Source of the DNA: Selaginella moellendorffii
Taxonomy: Eukaryota; Plantae; Lycopodiophyta
Length of the DNA stretch: 64,000 nt
Assembly: GCF_000143415.4 (NCBI RefSeq)
Contig: NW_003314320.1
Span: 1-64,000 of the forward strand
Direction: 5' to 3'
The position numbers were made by a program, and so were the translations under genes. The notes beneath the pieces were generated by a model. The model worked only from the letters and a program-made list of their open reading frames with translations. It searched no databases and was not told the DNA's origin. Within the stretch, counting starts at the first letter, position 1, and each line of letters begins with the position of its first letter. Of this stretch, positions 63,997 through 64,000 are shown in pieces.

Positions 63997-64000
63997 TCTC

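Overview
Eukaryotic, repeat-rich land-plant DNA. Very short introns (44-120 nt), a PLS-type PPR fragment and the gene content suggest a lycophyte such as Selaginella (inference, not proven). About half of the window is LTR retroelements, some nested. Family A is a short-LTR (175 bp) non-chromoviral Ty3/gypsy with a tRNA-Ala PBS (8-12007, 15232-20238, fragment 28075-29430). Family B is a non-autonomous large-LTR element (1166-8557 nested in A1; 31848-38973 nested in chromovirus C). There is also a decayed chromovirus C, a Ty1/copia with ~100-bp LTRs (52482-56964) and an old Cassandra-type TRIM with 5S-rRNA-like LTRs (44519-45101). Host genes: a DUF4419 family (2 intact genes at 13379-14658 and 60503-61862, plus at least 5 pseudogenes/remnants) and an intact 11-exon gene fusing an ACBP4/5-like kelch propeller to a Crinkler-type ubiquitin-like + REase-fold module (47493-50019), head-to-head with a PD-(D/E)xK REase remnant. 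Also present are a possible CVNH lectin, a PPR fragment, a C2H2-finger pseudogene and a chaperonin-60 beta pseudogene. A segmental duplication (14599-23898 vs 50103-59602) received different retroelements in each copy and ends in a 68-bp micro-inversion. Best leads: the kelch-Crinkler fusion and its REase partner; a -1 frameshift signal (consensus G GGA AAC plus H-type pseudoknot with a compensatory base pair) in family A; clustering of microbe-type gene families; the Cassandra-like TRIM; and an LTR block shared by families B and C. All family assignments come from visual motif recognition and need HMM/BLAST confirmation.
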